From Mobula birostris (Eukaryota), in contig NC_092382.1 in assembly GCF_030028105.1 (NCBI RefSeq), forward strand, positions 3,316,175 through 3,380,174: DNA of 64,000 bases. Direction: 5' to 3'. Below the pieces are notes generated by a model. It was not told where the DNA came from. It worked only from the letters and a program-made list of their open reading frames with translations, and made no database searches. A program made the translations under genes and the position numbers. Below are positions 61,201 through 64,000 of this stretch, piece after piece (position 1 is the stretch's first letter; each line of letters opens with the position of its first letter).

Positions 61201-61935
61201 GGGAGAAGGCAGGAACCGGGTACTGATTGTGGATGAACAGCCATGATCACAGTAAATGGCAGTACCAGCTCGAAGGGCCAAATGGCCTACTCCTGCACCT
61301 ATTGTCTATTGAAAATGGTGTCATAGATGTGATGGAAAGAAGGATTTTGGCCCATTGGCCTTCATGAACCAAAGTACTGACAACAATAGATAGACATTAT
61401 ATTGACTTGTGGAAGACATTGGTGAGGTCTAATTTGGAGTATTGTGTGCAGTTTTGGTCACCTACCTACATGAAGGTTGTAAAAGAGGTTGAAAGAGTTC
61501 AGAGAAAATTCACAAGGATGTTGCCAGGTCTGGAGGACTTCGGTTATTAGGAAAGATTGAACAAGTCCGGACTTTATTCCTTGGAACATAAAAGATTGAG
61601 GGGAGATTTGATGGAGGTATACCACTATTATGAGGGGTATAGATAGGGTAAATGCAAGCTGGCTTTTACCACTGAGATGGGGTGGGACGACAATCAGAGG
61701 CCATGGGTTAAGGGTAGAAGGTGAAACGTTAAGGGGAACATGAGGGGAAACTTCTTCACACAGATGGTCATCCGGGTGTGGAATGAGCAGCCAGCACAAG
61801 TGGTGCATGCGAGCTCAATTTCAACATTTAAGAGGTTTGTATAGGTACCTGGATGGTAGGGGTATGGGAGTGGGCAGATTAAATAGTTCAGCACAAACCA
61901 GATGGTCCAAAGGGCCTGTTTCTGTATTGTAATTT
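58300..61935. mobile_element. Cluster of nested CR1 fragments in both orientations (ZF2 intron)
   Basis: Plus-strand 3' ends at ~58310-58725, 58860-59210 and 60190-61935 (nested copy ~60993-61310); minus-strand piece ~59210-60180. Confidence 0.75.
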
Positions 61936-62840
61936 TCGATGACTGTGACAAGAACCTGAAATAATACAAAAATTCCCTGTAAGTTCTTTTAACAGCTGTG
62001 CAGACCAACCATTCATCTCAGCAGGAATTTTGTATATGGTGTTAAATCTGTGGCACTTTAAAGTTAATAATGCATAAAAGAAAATCCCAGATGCATGACA
62101 AGAAAGACAATTTGCCTGATACTGTTTCAGTGACTGTGGGCCCAGGCACCCATGCTGCTCAGCAGGAACAGGGAATAATACAAATGGAGAGAGGCAAACT
62201 GAGCCAGGTCACAGATTGGAGATGGCAGAAATGCCCCATTCTTATAGAGACAGGAAGAGCATCAAGGAATTGATGGCCATTCCAGATACCAGCACTGTGC
62301 CCAGTCAGAAGATGATTTCTCTCTCCAACTTGGGTTGAACCTCATTGCAACCAGATCAAACCTTGAGAACTCAAGTAATCTCATCTGAAATTTGGTCCTA
62401 ACCCAATGATGGATTTTGTAAATCTTTTTACAGGTTAAAAACGAGATGGAATTTAGCTCCTAGGATCTCAAACCCGGTACGCCAGTTTTGCTGTCTCTGA
62501 CCAGATGTTTGAGAAGTGGAGCAAGGATTTCAATCAACCATCCTTCCAGCTCAGACTGTGGGGAGGGATTCACTTGGTCATCTGACTGACTAGCATGCCC
62601 GTCATTTTGCACAGGGGAAAGGCCGTTCACCTGCTCAGACAGTGGGAGTGGATTCACTCGGTTATCTCAATTGAAGGTACATCAGCAAGTTCACACTGGA
62701 CAAGGCCATTCATCTGATCTGTGTGTGAGAAGGGATTCAGTCGGTCATCCCACCTGTGGACACACCAGGCAATTCACACTGGGCAGAGGCTGGTCATCTG
62801 CTGAACTTGTGGGGAAGGATTCACTCGGTCATCTGACCTA

Positions 62841-64000
62841 ATGGCTCACCAGCGAGTTCACACCGGGGAGAAGCCATTCACCTGCTCAGTCTGTGGGAAG
62901 AGATTCACTCAGTCATCCAACCTACTGGCACATCAGCGAGTTCACACTGGGGAGAAGCCGTTCGCCTGCTCAGTCTGTGGGAAGAGATTCACTAATTCAT
63001 CCACCCTACAGAGACATCAGCGAGTTCACACTGGCGAGAAGCCAATGACCTGCTCAGTCTGTGGGAAGAGATTCGCTGATCAATCCACCCTACAGAAACA
63101 TCAGCGAGTTCACACTGGGGAGAAGCCGTTCACCTGCTCAGAATGTGGGAAGAGATTCACTGAGTCATCCAGCGTACAGAGACATCAGCGAGTCCACACT
63201 GGGGAGAAGCCATTCACCTGCTCAGTCTGTGGGAAGAGATTCACTGAGTCATCCAACCTACAGAGTCATCAGTGGGTTCACACTGGGGAGAAGCCGTTCA
63301 CCTGCTCAGTCTGTGGGAAGAGATTCACTAATTCATCCACCCTACAGAGTCATCAGCGAGTTCACACTGGCGAGAAGCCATTCACCTGCTCAGTCTGTGG
63401 GAAGAGATTCACTGATAAATCCACCCTACAGAAACATCAGCGAGTTCACACTGGGGAGAAGCCGTTCACATGCTCAGAATGTGGGAAGAGATTCACTGAG
63501 TCATCCAGCCTACAGAGACATCAGCGAGTCCACACTGGGGAGAAGCCGTTCACCTGCTCAGTCTGTGGGAAGAGATTCACTAATTCATCCAGCCTACAGA
63601 ATCATCAGCGAATTCACACTGGGGAGAAGCCGTTCACCTGCTCAGAATGTGGGAAGGGATTCACTCAGTCATCCAACCTGCAGAGTCATCAGCGAGTTCA
63701 CACTGGGGAGAAGCCGTTCACCTGCTCAGTCTGTAGGAAGGGATTCACTAATTCATCCAGCCTACAGATTCATCAGCGAGTTCACACTGGGGAGAAGCCA
63801 TTCACCTGCTCAGAATGTGGGAAGAGATTCACTCAGTCATCCAGCCTACAGAGTCATCAGCGAGTTCACACTGGGGAGAAGCCGTTCACCTGCTTAGAAT
63901 GTGGGAAAGGGTTCAGTCAGTCATCCAAACTGCTGGCACACCAGTCAGTTCACAGTGGGGAGTGGCCGTTCACCTGCTCAGACTGTGGGAAGGGATTCAC
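62841..64000 (+). CDS. C2H2 zinc-finger protein ZF2 (13 complete fingers plus 1 partial; runs off the window end; no KRAB seen)
   Basis: Manual translation [31 protein letters not shown]... with 84-nt periodicity and no stop to 64000 (absent from the ORF track because it has no stop). Candidate acceptor ttttacag at ~62433. Confidence 0.88.
   Translation, partial: MAHQRVHTGEKPFTCSVCGKRFTQSSNLLAHQRVHTGEKPFACSVCGKRFTNSSTLQRHQRVHTGEKPMTCSVCGKRFADQSTLQKHQRVHTGEKPFTCSECGKRFTESSSVQRHQRVHTGEKPFTCSVCGKRFTESSNLQSHQWVHTGEKPFTCSVCGKRFTNSSTLQSHQRVHTGEKPFTCSVCGKRFTDKSTLQKHQRVHTGEKPFTCSECGKRFTESSSLQRHQRVHTGEKPFTCSVCGKRFTNSSSLQNHQRIHTGEKPFTCSECGKGFTQSSNLQSHQRVHTGEKPFTCSVCRKGFTNSSSLQIHQRVHTGEKPFTCSECGKRFTQSSSLQSHQRVHTGEKPFTCLECGKGFSQSSKLLAHQSVHSGEWPFTCSDCGKGF

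Noticed and set aside
62700-62804. Selenocysteine or readthrough at the TGA codons in the upstream fingers
   Set aside because: The same region also has a 1-nt frameshift in ZF2 (~62698) and an extra TGA in ZF1, and no SECIS was identified. Ordinary decay is the simpler explanation.
63061-63897. 278-aa ORF (GRDSL...RSRSPAQ), and similar ORFs at 45877-46410 and 45656-45988
   Set aside because: Shifted-frame shadows of the 84-nt zinc-finger repeat; the true frame is the C2H2 one.

Overview
Eukaryotic vertebrate genomic DNA with two N gaps (1283-1507, 13615-13752). The repeat landscape (dense CR1 with (AGAAACAT)n-type tails, Rex1/Babar, Penelope, Gypsy LTRs) and KRAB-less C2H2 arrays suggest a cartilaginous fish, probably a ray; this is inference. 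The gene content is a cluster of four apparently intact two-exon class A GPCR genes of GPR139/GPR142-like type: A 4753-6441 (-), B 16908-19347 (-), C 31865-33684 (-) and D 42454-43943 (+). They share a phase-1 intron after the TM1 'G[VI]P' motif, have very short N-termini, and have TATA-like plus CRE-like promoter motifs. A and C lie in a ~5.3 kb segmental duplication and differ mostly at the extracellular ends of TM3-TM6. B has gained a 37-aa C-terminal tail from a CR1 LINE. Next to the cluster is a head-to-head pair of paralogous C2H2 zinc-finger genes: one is truncated and LTR-disrupted (45.8-46.9 kb, -), the other stays open to the window end (62841->64000, +). The rest is transposon debris, including solo LTRs with TSDs, a piggyBac-type MITE, an R4-like REL fragment and a retroviral-type integrase relic, plus a 46-bp minisatellite. 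The best candidate for an undescribed system is a lineage-expanded, diversifying GPR139-like receptor repertoire organised like a chemosensory receptor cluster.
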